A DNA stretch of 64,000 bases, from contig CBDUPA010000001.1 in assembly GCA_965368975.1 (NCBI GenBank), forward strand, positions 224,001 through 288,000, written 5' to 3'. Below are positions 50,187 through 60,710 of this stretch, in pieces. The position numbers and the translations under genes are program-made. Origin of the DNA: an uncultured bacterium. GTDB lineage: Bacteria; Acidobacteriota; Thermoanaerobaculia; Multivoradales; JAHZIX01. Within the stretch, counting starts at the first letter, position 1, and every line of letters starts with the position of its first letter. The notes under the pieces were generated by a model. The model had not been told where the DNA came from. It worked only from the letters and a program-made list of their open reading frames with translations, and did not search any database.

Positions 50187-51398
50187 ATGGAGACGCTGCA
50201 ATCGCTGCTCGGTTTGTTGGTGATGCTGGGCTTGGCCTGGCTGATGTCGAACAACAAGAAGCTCATTCCGTGGCGCGTGGTGCTGGTGGGGACCGCCATG
50301 CAGCTGCTCTTCGGCGTGTTGATCCTCAAGACCGATGCCGGTCAGCGTGTCTTCCAGTGGGCTACGGACGTCGTCACTGCCTTCCTCAACTTCACGGATG
50401 CTGGCGCCATCTTCATTTTCGGCCAGGGTTTCGAGGAGCACTTCTTCGCCTTCAAGGTGCTCTCGACCATCATCTTCTTCTCGTCCTTTATCACCGTGCT
50501 CTACCACTTCGGCGTGGTGCAGGCGATCGTCAAGGTGTTCGCCAAGATCATGGTGCGACTGATGGGCACGTCGGGGGCCGAGTCGCTGTCGGCGTCGGCC
50601 AACATCTTCGTCGGTCAGACGGAAGCGCCGCTGCTGATCAAGCCGTACGTCGGTGGTATGACCAAGTCTGAGCTGATGGCGGTCATGAGCGCCGGCTTCG
50701 CGACCATCGCGGGTGGTGTCTTCGCAGCCTACGTCGGCATGGGCATCTCGGCAGGCCACCTGATTGCGGCCAGCGTCATGTCGGCGCCGGCGGCGCTGGT
50801 GATGGCGAAGCTGATGATGCCCGAGACGGAGGAGAGCCTGACTGCCGGCGAAGTCAAGATGCAAGTCGAGCGACCGTGGGTCAACTCGATCGACGCCGCC
50901 GCCAGTGGCGCTGCCGACGGCCTCAAGCTGGCGCTCAACGTCGGCGCCATGCTGCTCGCCTTCATCAGCCTGCTGGCCCTGATCAACGGCATCCTCGGCT
51001 GGTCCGGCGGCCTGTTTGGCTTCCCGCAGCTGACGATCGAGATGATCCTGGGCTGGATTTGCATGCCACTGGCGTGGGTCATGGGCGTGCCGTGGGGCGA
51101 GTCATACGATGTCGGCATGCTGCTCGGTCTCAAGGCGGTGGCCACTGAGTTCATCGCCTACGACGCTCTGGGCACCATGATGGACGAGGCCGGCCGCCTG
51201 TCCGAGCGCTCGCAGGTGATCGCCACCTATGCCCTCTGCGGCTTTGCCAACTTCGGCTCGATCGCCATCCAGATCGGCGGTATCGGCGCCATTGCCCCGG
51301 ACCGCAAGCATGACCTGGCACGCCTCGGCCTGCGAGCCATGATCGCGGGCAGCCTGGCCTGCTTCCAGACCGCGACGATCGCTGGCTTGTTGCTCTGA
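50187..51398 (+). CDS. nupC: NupC/CNT family nucleoside transporter
   Basis: ANIFVGQTEAPL, GFATIAG, ASVMSAP and YALCGFANFGSIAI motifs. Confidence 0.93.
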   Translation: METLQSLLGLLVMLGLAWLMSNNKKLIPWRVVLVGTAMQLLFGVLILKTDAGQRVFQWATDVVTAFLNFTDAGAIFIFGQGFEEHFFAFKVLSTIIFFSSFITVLYHFGVVQAIVKVFAKIMVRLMGTSGAESLSASANIFVGQTEAPLLIKPYVGGMTKSELMAVMSAGFATIAGGVFAAYVGMGISAGHLIAASVMSAPAALVMAKLMMPETEESLTAGEVKMQVERPWVNSIDAAASGAADGLKLALNVGAMLLAFISLLALINGILGWSGGLFGFPQLTIEMILGWICMPLAWVMGVPWGESYDVGMLLGLKAVATEFIAYDALGTMMDEAGRLSERSQVIATYALCGFANFGSIAIQIGGIGAIAPDRKHDLARLGLRAMIAGSLACFQTATIAGLLL

Positions 51399-51449
51399 TT
51401 TTCATGGTGTTCTGACATTTCGCGCTCGGAATCGATATAGACTCCGGGG

Positions 51450-52991
51450 GTGAAGTGCTTTTCGGCGGGATCCTCGAAGTGGCGGTACTGGGCAGGTTCT
51501 GCACTGCTTGCCCTGGTGTTGGTACCCGTGCCGTCGCATCTACCTGGTGGAGTGCTGTCGGGCGTCTCGTCGGTCGCAGAGGCGGAGGAGACTTACGCAC
51601 CCTCCCCGACGCTGCGTCAGGCCCTCGACGCTCGGGCTGGTGCGGCACGGCGGGTGGCGCCGTCGCTCGGCGTGCACGTGATCGATCTAGAAACCGGTAC
51701 CGAGGTCTACGGCTACCGCGCCGACCAGGAGCGCATCCTGGCTTCCAACACCAAGCTCTTCACTTCCGCGGCGGCCCTCGATTTGCTCGGCCCCGGGTAC
51801 TTCTTCGAGACCGAGCTGCGCGGTCGTGGGCGTCTCGTCGACGGCACCTGGCAGGGGCAGCTGGCTGTCCTCGGCGGCGGGGATCCGAACATCTCTGGGC
51901 GCTTCCACTACGGAGATCCCTACGCGGTTTTCCGGCAGTGGGCGGCAGCGTTGCGGCGGCAGGGAATCCAGCGCATCGACGGGGACATCTACCTGGCACC
52001 GGACCTCTTCGGCGACCGCTTCGTCCATCCCGACTGGCCTGACGACCAGCTCGATCGCTGGTACGAGGCGCCGGTGGCGGCGCTGTCGTTCAACGACAAC
52101 TGCGTGCTGGTCAAGGTCTGGCCGACTCGCCCGGGGCAGCCGGCACGCGTGCAGTTGGTGCCCTCGGTGGAGATCTTCGAGGTCGACAACCGCGCGCGCA
52201 CCGCCAACGTACGTCACAGCCGCGTGTGGATCACGCGCAGCCCGGGCAGCGCGGTGATCCGGGTCGGCGGCACGATCTCCAGCCGCCGTAGCGGCCCGGT
52301 GGAGAAGTGGTTGACGGTGCCCGACCCGGTGCGCTACTTCGGGGCCGGCCTGCGCGATGCGTTGAGCGACGAAGGACTCGAGATCCGTGGTGACGTGCGC
52401 GTCGTAGAGACTCTGCCGCCGGGCGTCTGGATGACGCTGGCGGTGCACCGTAGCGACCTGCTCAGCACGCTCGAAGTGATCAACAAGCGCAGCCAGAATT
52501 TCTATGCCGAGAGTGTCTTCAAGCTGCTCGGCGCGCGCCAGTGCCTCGATGGCAGCTGGGCCGGCGGCAGCCGCGTGGTGTCCGAATTCTTGCAGCGCGC
52601 TCTATTCGAGCCAGGCGGGCTTGAAGAGGAGGTGTTCCAGCTCGCCGACGGCTCCGGTATGAGCCGCGGGAACCGTGCCACGCCGCGGGCTCTGACCCGG
52701 CTGCTGCGCTACATGGATCGCCACCCCTGGGCCGACGAATTCAAGGCGACGCTACCGTACAGTGGCGAGGACGACCTGAGCTGGGAAGATCGCCTGGCCG
52801 CCCCGCCCTACGCTGGTCGCGTCTTCGCCAAGACCGGCACCCTCAACGGTGTCTCGACCCTCTCCGGCTACGCGCTGGGCCTGTCGGGGCGGCGCTACGC
52901 CTTCTCGATCCTGTGTAACGGTGCCGCCACCGCCTGGCAGGCTCGACGTGCCCAAGATGCCATCATCCGGGCGTTGATCGATCACGGATAG
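51450..52991 (+). CDS. dacB: D-Ala-D-Ala carboxypeptidase/endopeptidase (PBP4, S13)
   Basis: ASNTK (SxxK), SQN (SxN), DGSGMSR and AKTGTL motifs; signal peptide. Confidence 0.93.
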   Translation: MKCFSAGSSKWRYWAGSALLALVLVPVPSHLPGGVLSGVSSVAEAEETYAPSPTLRQALDARAGAARRVAPSLGVHVIDLETGTEVYGYRADQERILASNTKLFTSAAALDLLGPGYFFETELRGRGRLVDGTWQGQLAVLGGGDPNISGRFHYGDPYAVFRQWAAALRRQGIQRIDGDIYLAPDLFGDRFVHPDWPDDQLDRWYEAPVAALSFNDNCVLVKVWPTRPGQPARVQLVPSVEIFEVDNRARTANVRHSRVWITRSPGSAVIRVGGTISSRRSGPVEKWLTVPDPVRYFGAGLRDALSDEGLEIRGDVRVVETLPPGVWMTLAVHRSDLLSTLEVINKRSQNFYAESVFKLLGARQCLDGSWAGGSRVVSEFLQRALFEPGGLEEEVFQLADGSGMSRGNRATPRALTRLLRYMDRHPWADEFKATLPYSGEDDLSWEDRLAAPPYAGRVFAKTGTLNGVSTLSGYALGLSGRRYAFSILCNGAATAWQARRAQDAIIRALIDHG

Positions 52992-53022
52992 TCGGATAGT
53001 CTGCGAGACAGGAGAATTTGCC

Positions 53023-54381
53023 GTGACCACCATCAGTCCTGTTCTCGAAACCCCTCCCGTTCTCACCGGCACCCCGGAGCCCCTCTTGCCGACATCTTCC
53101 ACAGCAGCTGCCGAGTCCGCCAGGGCGGCCGAGGCGATCGACCATCGGGCCCTGATGAAGAAGGTCGAACGCACCGTCGACCTGATCGGTCGTACCGACG
53201 ACTTGGGCGCCACCATCCGCGCCATGGTCGAAACCGTCGTGCGCGAGTTCCGCGACCAGTTGGGAATCGTCGGTGGCCGGCTCTACCGGCACAGTGGTAG
53301 TTCGTACGTGCTGAAGTCGACCTTCGGCGACGCCAAATCGCTGAAGGCCGGCTTGCGCGTGCCGCGTTCTTACCCGGCGATCGAGGCCTGCTGCAACCAG
53401 GGCGTGGTCTACATGGAGGCGGACGATCCGGCGGTCGACCCGGAGCTCGAGGAGCAGCTCGGGGTCAAGGAGTTCGCCTGCATCGAGGTCGGCGACCAGG
53501 AGTACGTCGTTGCCTTCAACGTCAATCCCGGCCACAATCGCGACGACATTCTCTTCTCGCTCAGCATTCTACGCCACAGCGTCAACAACAAGCTGCGCCA
53601 AGAGCGTCTGCAAGAAGTCCTGCGTGAGGCGCACAAGATCCAGGTATCGATCCTGCCGCGCAAGATGCCACACTTTCCGCCCTTCGATATCTATGGTCGC
53701 AGCGAGTCCCTGGACAGTGTCGGCGGTGACTACTACGACTGGATCTCGGTCACCGACAAGATCCTCGGCCTGGCGGTGGCGGACGTCACCGGCCACGGCC
53801 TGCCGGCGGCGCTACAAGTGCGCGACATCTACATGGGCCTGCGCATGGGCATGGAGCGTGACTTCAAGATCGTGCGCACCGTCGAGAGCCTGAACCGCAT
53901 CATCCACGGCTCCAGCCTGACCAGCCGCTTCGTCTCCATGGTGTACGGCGAGGTCGAGCTCAACGGCAACTTCATCTACGTCAATGCCGGTCATCCTGCG
54001 CCGATCCACTTGCGTGCCGACGGCCGCGTCGAGCATCTGCGCGAGGGCGGCCCAGTGCTGGGACCCTTGCCGGATGCTACTTACGAACGTGGCTTCGCCC
54101 ATCTGCGCCCCGGTGATGCTCTCGTCCTGTTCTCGGACGGTATCCTGGAGACCCAGGGCTGGCCGGAAGACGGCAAGGTCGACAGTACCTTGACGCTCGA
54201 AGACTTCGGCACCGAACGCCTGCAAGATCTCTTGCAGAGCTTGCAGCTGCGGGGCGCCAGCGCGCGCGAGATGGTCGATGCCGTATTCGATACCATCGAA
54301 CGCTTCAGCGTCGGCCGCCCAGCGACCGACGATCGCACCGTGCTGGCGCTGACCTATCCGCGCACCGACGCCGACGACTGA
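53023..54381 (+). CDS. PP2C/SpoIIE (RsbU-like) phosphatase with N-terminal GAF-like region
   Basis: VGGDYYD, ADVTGHG, NAGHP, FSDGILE and DDRT motifs; AGGAG RBS, GTG start. Confidence 0.92.
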   Translation: MTTISPVLETPPVLTGTPEPLLPTSSTAAAESARAAEAIDHRALMKKVERTVDLIGRTDDLGATIRAMVETVVREFRDQLGIVGGRLYRHSGSSYVLKSTFGDAKSLKAGLRVPRSYPAIEACCNQGVVYMEADDPAVDPELEEQLGVKEFACIEVGDQEYVVAFNVNPGHNRDDILFSLSILRHSVNNKLRQERLQEVLREAHKIQVSILPRKMPHFPPFDIYGRSESLDSVGGDYYDWISVTDKILGLAVADVTGHGLPAALQVRDIYMGLRMGMERDFKIVRTVESLNRIIHGSSLTSRFVSMVYGEVELNGNFIYVNAGHPAPIHLRADGRVEHLREGGPVLGPLPDATYERGFAHLRPGDALVLFSDGILETQGWPEDGKVDSTLTLEDFGTERLQDLLQSLQLRGASAREMVDAVFDTIERFSVGRPATDDRTVLALTYPRTDADD

Positions 54382-54390
54382 GGACTGACG

Positions 54391-55158
54391 TTGGCGGCAT
54401 CGACCGGCGGACAGCTACGCCTGCTCGGTACAGGCACCTGTCAGTTGCAGCCCGAGCGCGCTGCCTCCTCGGTGCTCGTCGAGTGGCCGGACCTGCGCCT
54501 GGTGTTCGACTTCGGTCGGGGCATCGCGGTGCGTCTGAGCGAACTGGGCTACTGCCAGGACGACATCGAGCACGTCGTGCTCTCGCACTTTCACCCGGAC
54601 CATCTGTCCGACCTCATTCCGTATCTGCATGCGGCGTGCTGGTCTCAGATCGACCCACGTCACCGCGACCTGCACATCTACGGGCCGCCGGGCCTGGAAG
54701 TGCAGTTGATGCGACTGCTCAGTCTCTTCGGTCCACATGATCTGTCGCGTCCAGAGCGGTTTCGTGTCCACCTGCACGAGATAGCGGATCCCTCGCAAAA
54801 GGACGGCTGCTTCGAGATCGAGGGGCACAGCTTCGACTTCGTCGACTTGCCGCCGGCCGGTAACCACGGCCTGCGCTTCGAGCTGCAGGGGCACACCTGC
54901 GCCCTCACCGGCGATTCGCACTTCCACGATGCCGAAGTCGAGTTCCTGCGTGGCGTCGACTTGGCGGTGATCGACAGTGGCCACTTGAGCGACACTGAGC
55001 TCGTCGCGCTGGCGGTGCGGGCGGCGCCGACGGTCCTGGTTTGCTCGCACCTCTACCGCGAAGTCGACGCCGCCGAGTTGCAGGCCCAAGCGTCCCGGTG
55101 TGGGTTCGCCGGCACTATTCTGCGCGGTGAGGACGGTCAGATCTTGCTCCCTGCTTGA
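54391..55158 (+). CDS. MBL-fold metallohydrolase (RNase Z-like)
   Basis: LLGTG, FDFG.G, SHFHPDH (HxHxDH) and TGDS motifs; GAGG RBS, TTG start. Confidence 0.88.
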   Translation: MAASTGGQLRLLGTGTCQLQPERAASSVLVEWPDLRLVFDFGRGIAVRLSELGYCQDDIEHVVLSHFHPDHLSDLIPYLHAACWSQIDPRHRDLHIYGPPGLEVQLMRLLSLFGPHDLSRPERFRVHLHEIADPSQKDGCFEIEGHSFDFVDLPPAGNHGLRFELQGHTCALTGDSHFHDAEVEFLRGVDLAVIDSGHLSDTELVALAVRAAPTVLVCSHLYREVDAAELQAQASRCGFAGTILRGEDGQILLPA

Positions 55159-55297
55159 CGAGGCTCAGCGTTGGTCTCCACCAGTTGGCTTGGCGCTGCT
55201 GTAGAGGCTCTGCCGATAGGAAGGCCTGGAGAGAGGGCGTCGCTTGACTCCTGTTCCCGTGTGCGTGAGGATTCCTTGTTGACAGCGGAGAAGCAGT

Positions 55298-57877
55298 ATG
55301 CACGGCGGATACGAACCAGCTAGTTCCAGAGCGGCAAACCGACAGCAAAAGCTGTTTGATCTTGTCCAGGCCACCCTGCGCCAACCGAGCGAGCAGCGGG
55401 CTGCCTTTCTGGATACCGCCTGCGTCGACGATCCAGAGCTACTGCAGCAGGTGCGTGGGTTGCTGCGAAAGATGGACCACTCTGCCGGTACCTATGCCGC
55501 TGGCGACCCCACCACAGTTAGCCCTTCCGAGCCGCGGGCATTGACCCGAACCGATGAACTCGGCTCGCAAGGTACCGGAGTGATGCCGGAGCGCATCGGC
55601 TCCTACCGATTGTTGGAAGTGCTCGGCCAGGGGGGCATGGGCACGGTGTACCTGGCCGAGCAGACGGAGCCGATCCACCGTCAGGTAGCGGTCAAGGTGA
55701 CGCGGCCGCACCCTCGCTCAGAGCGCGGGCAGCCTGAGTATTTGCGCCTGCGCTTCGAGCTGGAACGACGGGCGCTGGCACGCATGAGTCACTCCCACAT
55801 TGCGCGGGTCTATGAGGCTGGCGACCTGGACGACGGCCGGCCCTACATCGTGATGGAGTACGTGCCCGGGGTACAGCTGGACCAGTACTGTGATCGGCAC
55901 AAGCTCGATGTCGAGGCCCGCATCGCACTCGTCTTGCAGGTCTGTTCCGGTATCCACCACGCACACCAAAAAGGTGTCTTGCACCGTGACATCAAGCCGG
56001 CGAACCTGTTGGTACACGAACAGGACGGCAAGCCGATCGTGAAGGTCCTCGACTTCGGGATCGCCAAGGATCTCGACGCTCCCGCGGACGCCGAGCAGTT
56101 GACCATCGGTGTGTTGCTCGGTACGCCTGCCTTCGTCAGTCCAGAGGCGGCTGCTCACACTCCCGGCAGTGACGACGACAGTCTCGATATTCGCTCGGAT
56201 GTGTATGCCCTGGGGGTGTTGTTGCACCTGCTGCTGATCGGGCAGCTGCCGCACGCCCAGGAAGGTGACGTTGCCCTGATGGAGTACCTGGATCGTGTTG
56301 CGCGGCACGAGCCGCCACTGCTCAGTTCGTGCTTCGAGAGGTTGCAGGTAGACCGGCGGCGTGAAGTCGCTGAACAGCGGGCCACGACGGCCATACGCTT
56401 GCAGAATCGATTGCGAGGGGACTTGGACCGGATCGTCGCCAAGGCGCTGGCCGTCGAGCGTTCCCGGCGCTACGGCTCGGCGGCCGAACTCGCCGATGAT
56501 CTGCGCCGCTTCCTGGCCTTCGAGCCTGTGCAGGCCCGCCCGCCCGGAAGGCTTTACCTCTTGCGCAGATTCGTACGCCGCAACCGGGCCGCGGTCGCCG
56601 CGGTCGTGCTGGTGCTGGTGACCCTGGTCGGAGGCGTGATCGCGCGTGGTCATGAGGCCCGCAAGGCGCTCCAGGCTCAGACCGAGGCGCAGGCGGTGAC
56701 CGACTTCTTGCTGGATCTCTTCGAGGATGCCAGGCCTCCCGGGTCGGTCTCTGAGGAAGTCACCCTACGCCAGGTCCTCGATCGTGGAGCCGTGCGGATC
56801 GATCAGGAATTCACCGGCAGTCCCGTCGTGCGGGCCCGCCTGCTGACCACTCTCGGGCGCGTCTATGTCGAACTGGGACTAGCGGATACCGCGTTGCCAA
56901 GACTCGAAGAGGCACTTGCTCTCTACCGACAGCAAGCCGCTCCGTCGGCCTTGGATCTGGGCACGACACTGCGCTTCATGGCCGATTCGACCCATCTGCT
57001 GGGAGACTACCCACGAGCCCGCGAGCTGTTCGCCGAGACCGTTCGCGTCTTTTCCAGGGGCCTTCCCGAGACCCGCGATGAACTGGCGCAGACCTACTTT
57101 CAGTTCGGTCGTCACCATGCCGTGTTGGGACGGCCTGCTGAAGCTCGGCAGCAGCTGCAAGAAGCCCAGTCCCTATGGTCGACGTGGCTGCCTGACAACG
57201 CAGAGCTGGTGCTGCTGGTGCGTCGCGAAGTCGCCTTCACCCGCTTGCGGGAGGGAGAACACGAGGCAGCATACGAGACGTTTCTGGAGGTCTTGCAGCA
57301 GCAAGAGAATCTACCTGGTGCCAACGAGGTCGAGATTTCGAACACCATGGCGCTGCTGGCGGTCACGTGCATATTTCAGCATCGGCACGCGGAAGCCGAA
57401 CCATGGCTTCATCGAGCCCTGGAGATCACCCGCCGTAGGATGGGCCCCGAGCATCCGACCGTGGCGACGCACCTGACCAATCTCGGTGAGATCTACCAAG
57501 CTACCCTTCGGTATGACATGGCGAGAGAAGTCCTGGAGGAGGCGTTGCAGCTCAAGCTTCGGGTCCTGGGTGAGGACCACATCAAGCTGGCCCCGACGTT
57601 GGAACTGCTGGCCGGGAATGCTGTTGACCTGGGGCGCCCTTCAGTAGCCATTGACTACCAGGAGCGACTAGTGCGGTTGTTGCTCCTACGCCTGGAGCCC
57701 GCCAACCCGGAGGTGCACCGTGCCCGGCAGCAGCTGATCGACTACCATGAGCAGTGGGGGCAGTTGGAGCGGGCGGAGTTTCTGCGACTGCAAGAGGCGC
57801 CCCAACCCATACAGCAAGAAGGCGGCATTCCAATCATGGGGCGTAGTCCCGCGGTTGTCGATGAAGAAGATTCCTGA
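55298..57877 (+). CDS. Ser/Thr protein kinase with TM segment and TPR repeats
   Basis: GQGGMGTVY, VAVK, HRDIKPAN, DFG and SPE motifs; TM helix; C-terminal TPRs (GPEHPTVA). Confidence 0.95.
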   Translation: MHGGYEPASSRAANRQQKLFDLVQATLRQPSEQRAAFLDTACVDDPELLQQVRGLLRKMDHSAGTYAAGDPTTVSPSEPRALTRTDELGSQGTGVMPERIGSYRLLEVLGQGGMGTVYLAEQTEPIHRQVAVKVTRPHPRSERGQPEYLRLRFELERRALARMSHSHIARVYEAGDLDDGRPYIVMEYVPGVQLDQYCDRHKLDVEARIALVLQVCSGIHHAHQKGVLHRDIKPANLLVHEQDGKPIVKVLDFGIAKDLDAPADAEQLTIGVLLGTPAFVSPEAAAHTPGSDDDSLDIRSDVYALGVLLHLLLIGQLPHAQEGDVALMEYLDRVARHEPPLLSSCFERLQVDRRREVAEQRATTAIRLQNRLRGDLDRIVAKALAVERSRRYGSAAELADDLRRFLAFEPVQARPPGRLYLLRRFVRRNRAAVAAVVLVLVTLVGGVIARGHEARKALQAQTEAQAVTDFLLDLFEDARPPGSVSEEVTLRQVLDRGAVRIDQEFTGSPVVRARLLTTLGRVYVELGLADTALPRLEEALALYRQQAAPSALDLGTTLRFMADSTHLLGDYPRARELFAETVRVFSRGLPETRDELAQTYFQFGRHHAVLGRPAEARQQLQEAQSLWSTWLPDNAELVLLVRREVAFTRLREGEHEAAYETFLEVLQQQENLPGANEVEISNTMALLAVTCIFQHRHAEAEPWLHRALEITRRRMGPEHPTVATHLTNLGEIYQATLRYDMAREVLEEALQLKLRVLGEDHIKLAPTLELLAGNAVDLGRPSVAIDYQERLVRLLLLRLEPANPEVHRARQQLIDYHEQWGQLERAEFLRLQEAPQPIQQEGGIPIMGRSPAVVDEEDS

Positions 57878-60227
57878 CGCTGCAAGCCACCTGGAAGAAG
57901 TAGAGAGTTCCAGGAACCTGGGTCCTTCTCTGGTATTCGATGTGCCCGAGCTGATTGGGGATTACCGGCTCCTGAACCTTCTCGGTGAGGGCGGCATGGG
58001 GCAGGTCTACCTCGCCGAACAGCAGGAACCGATGCCGCGGCAGGTGGCGATCAAGGTGACGCGTCAGCACTGGCGCTCCGAGAGTCTGCGCATGCGCTTC
58101 GAAGTGGAGCGTCGGGCGCTGGCACGGATGAGTCACCCCAACATCGCTCAGGTCTTCGAGGCCGGAGAGCTTGAAGATGGTCGGCCTTATTTCGTCATGG
58201 AGTACGTGCCGGGGGTGCAGCTGGACGAGTACTGCAACATCAACCGCTTGGCAGTCGCGGCGCGTCTCGAACTCTTCCTGCAGGTTTGCGCCGGCATTCA
58301 CCACGCACACCAGAAAGGGGTGTTGCATCGAGACATCAAGCCTTCGAATGTGCTGGTGTGCGATGAGGACGGCAAGCCGGTGGTCAAGATTCTCGACTTC
58401 GGGATCGCCAAAGAACTCGACGCTCCCGTGGCTACCCACCAGCTGACCATTGGAGTGCTTCTCGGCACGCCAGCCTTTGCTAGTCCGGAAGCCGCTGTTC
58501 ACGCTCCTGGCAAGGACCACGAGCCCCTGGATATCCGCTCGGACGTTTACGGTCTGGGCGTCTTGCTGTACCTGTTGCTGGTAGGGGCTCTACCGCATGG
58601 CGGATCGAGTGAGACAACCTTGCTGGAGTATCTCGAACGCGTGGCGCACCAGGATCCGCTGGTACCCAGTACATTTCTTGGCAAGGTTCCAGCCGTCCAG
58701 CTGGCCGAGCTCGCTGTGCAGCGAGCCACCACGGCTTCAGGTCTGCGTCATCGTTTGCGCGGAGACCTGGATTGCATTGCAGCCAAGGCTTTGGCCCGCG
58801 AACGAGACCGGCGCTACGGTTCGGCGGCTGAGTTTGCCGAGGACGTGCGTCGTTTCCTGGCATTCGAACCCGTGCAGGCCCGCCCGCCCGGACGCCTCTA
58901 CCTGCTGCGCAGGGCTGTGCGCCGTAACCGGGTTGTGGTTGCGGCGACTGCCCTGCTGCTGGCAGCATTGGTCGGTAGCCTGCTCGCGCGTGGTCACCAA
59001 GTGCACAAGGCGAGCCTGGCCCAAGCCGAGGCACAGGCGGCGACAGATTTCTTGTTGAGTATCTTTGCGGATGCCGGGTCACCAGGAGCCGCCGGTGGAG
59101 AGGTGACGCTACGGCAGGTCTTGGATTACGGTAGCAGGCGCCTCGAGAGTCACTTTGTCGATAAACCGGAGATTCGAGCTCGTTTGGCTGGAACCATGGG
59201 CGAGGTCTATATTCGCTTGGGAGACTACCAGTTGGCCCTACAGTTGCTCGAAGAAGCAGAAGACTTGCAGGGGCGACTCGGTGTGGAGTCACCTGTTCAG
59301 CATGGTAGACGACTCTGCAATATGGCAATTGTGCAGCTCGGGCTCGGCCGGTTCGAGGAGGCAGAGGTACACATGCAGCGGGCCCTGAGAGTCCACGAGG
59401 CCTACCTGCCCGAAGGCCATGAGGACCTGCTGAAATTAAAGCTGCGGCTGGCTCTTTTTCAGGTCTACGTCGATCAGATGCCAGAGGCGATCGCCCACTT
59501 TGAACGGCTGCTGGAGCAGCTCCGCGACCGGCCGGGTTTGGACTTGCTACGGAGTGACGTCCTGTCGGGGCTGGGCATGGCGTACCTGAGGACCGGTCGC
59601 ATGCAGGACGCGGAGCGATTGCTGGAAGAGAGTCTGGTTCTCCAGGAGGCTCTCTTGGGCCCGGAGCATCTCGAGTCAGTGCAGACGCTCGATGGTCTTG
59701 CGCGTGTCTACGGGGAGGCTGGCAAGGTCGAGAGAGCCGAGGCTCTGCATCGAAGAGTCCTCTTGATTCAGCAGCGCAGCCTCGGTTCGGACCATCCTGA
59801 ACTTGCCCATGCTCACAACAACTTCGGTGTCTTTCTGTGGTTGCAACGTCGCTTGCCAGAAGCGCTGCGCCAGTTCGAGCGCGCCCTGATCATTCATCAG
59901 AAGCATTTCGGTTCGAACCACCCATCCGTTGCCGCGAGTCTCGGCAGCTTGAGCGAGGTCGAGAGAGAGCTTGGGAATCTTCAGCAAGCGATTGCGTATG
60001 CCGAGGAGGCTCTCGACATTCTGTATCGACAAGACGCTACGGAGCCCACGGTGATTCGGAAGTACCTGGAGGACCTTGTCAAACTCTATCGGCTGGTAGG
60101 GGACGCCGAGAGCTTGACGCTGATCGAAGCTCAACTGGCCGCGTTACCAGCGAGAGCTGAAGGCAAGAGCCTGCCCGGGCACACCTTTGTCACGCAGACG
60201 GCAGGCGAGGCTGCGCAACACGAGTAG
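57861..60227 (+). CDS. Ser/Thr protein kinase with TM segment and TPR repeats (tandem paralog)
   Basis: GEGGMGQVY, VAIK, HRDIKPSN and DFG motifs; TPRs; start position uncertain. Confidence 0.93.
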   Translation: MKKIPDAASHLEEVESSRNLGPSLVFDVPELIGDYRLLNLLGEGGMGQVYLAEQQEPMPRQVAIKVTRQHWRSESLRMRFEVERRALARMSHPNIAQVFEAGELEDGRPYFVMEYVPGVQLDEYCNINRLAVAARLELFLQVCAGIHHAHQKGVLHRDIKPSNVLVCDEDGKPVVKILDFGIAKELDAPVATHQLTIGVLLGTPAFASPEAAVHAPGKDHEPLDIRSDVYGLGVLLYLLLVGALPHGGSSETTLLEYLERVAHQDPLVPSTFLGKVPAVQLAELAVQRATTASGLRHRLRGDLDCIAAKALARERDRRYGSAAEFAEDVRRFLAFEPVQARPPGRLYLLRRAVRRNRVVVAATALLLAALVGSLLARGHQVHKASLAQAEAQAATDFLLSIFADAGSPGAAGGEVTLRQVLDYGSRRLESHFVDKPEIRARLAGTMGEVYIRLGDYQLALQLLEEAEDLQGRLGVESPVQHGRRLCNMAIVQLGLGRFEEAEVHMQRALRVHEAYLPEGHEDLLKLKLRLALFQVYVDQMPEAIAHFERLLEQLRDRPGLDLLRSDVLSGLGMAYLRTGRMQDAERLLEESLVLQEALLGPEHLESVQTLDGLARVYGEAGKVERAEALHRRVLLIQQRSLGSDHPELAHAHNNFGVFLWLQRRLPEALRQFERALIIHQKHFGSNHPSVAASLGSLSEVERELGNLQQAIAYAEEALDILYRQDATEPTVIRKYLEDLVKLYRLVGDAESLTLIEAQLAALPARAEGKSLPGHTFVTQTAGEAAQHE

Positions 60228-60242
60228 CTGGTCTAGCTTCGG

Positions 60243-60623
60243 TCAGCTGTCCTTGCCGGGTGGCTTGAAGTTGGGTGGCATGGCCATGGGAAAGGGTGTG
60301 ACCTTCCCCTTGCTCTCACCCTTGCCATCGCCGTCGCTCAGAATGCGTCCGCCGCCGCCTTGCTTGGGGACTTCGTCGATGCGCACGACGGAGTGCATCG
60401 GGATGTACGTGCGTCGCACGCCCTCGAATTCCGTGCGCAAGCGCTCCTCGCCGGGGTCGATGACCAGCTGTGAGCGTTCGCCGAAGAGCAGTTCCTCGAC
60501 CTCGATGAAGCCGAACAGCCCACCTTGGGTGATCGTGCGCGCGAACAGTTCGTAGATTTCACCGCGGTTGAAGAAGGTGATGCGGTAGATGTGATCGGTG
60601 GTCTCGCTGGTTTTGCTGCTCAT
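60243..60623 (-). CDS. DUF1820 family protein
   Basis: IYRITFFN.G.IYE, LFGFIEVEEL.F, DPGEERL..EF.GV.R.YIPMHSV.RIDEV pattern. Confidence 0.9.
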   Translation of the reverse strand: MSSKTSETTDHIYRITFFNRGEIYELFARTITQGGLFGFIEVEELLFGERSQLVIDPGEERLRTEFEGVRRTYIPMHSVVRIDEVPKQGGGGRILSDGDGKGESKGKVTPFPMAMPPNFKPPGKDS

Positions 60624-60710
60624 GATCTTCGGGCTTTCTCGAGGCGGATTGGGAGAGGGGGGGGTGGATCCCGAAGCGAGCGAAAATTCTAGTGGTATCC
60701 AGCATCAGAG

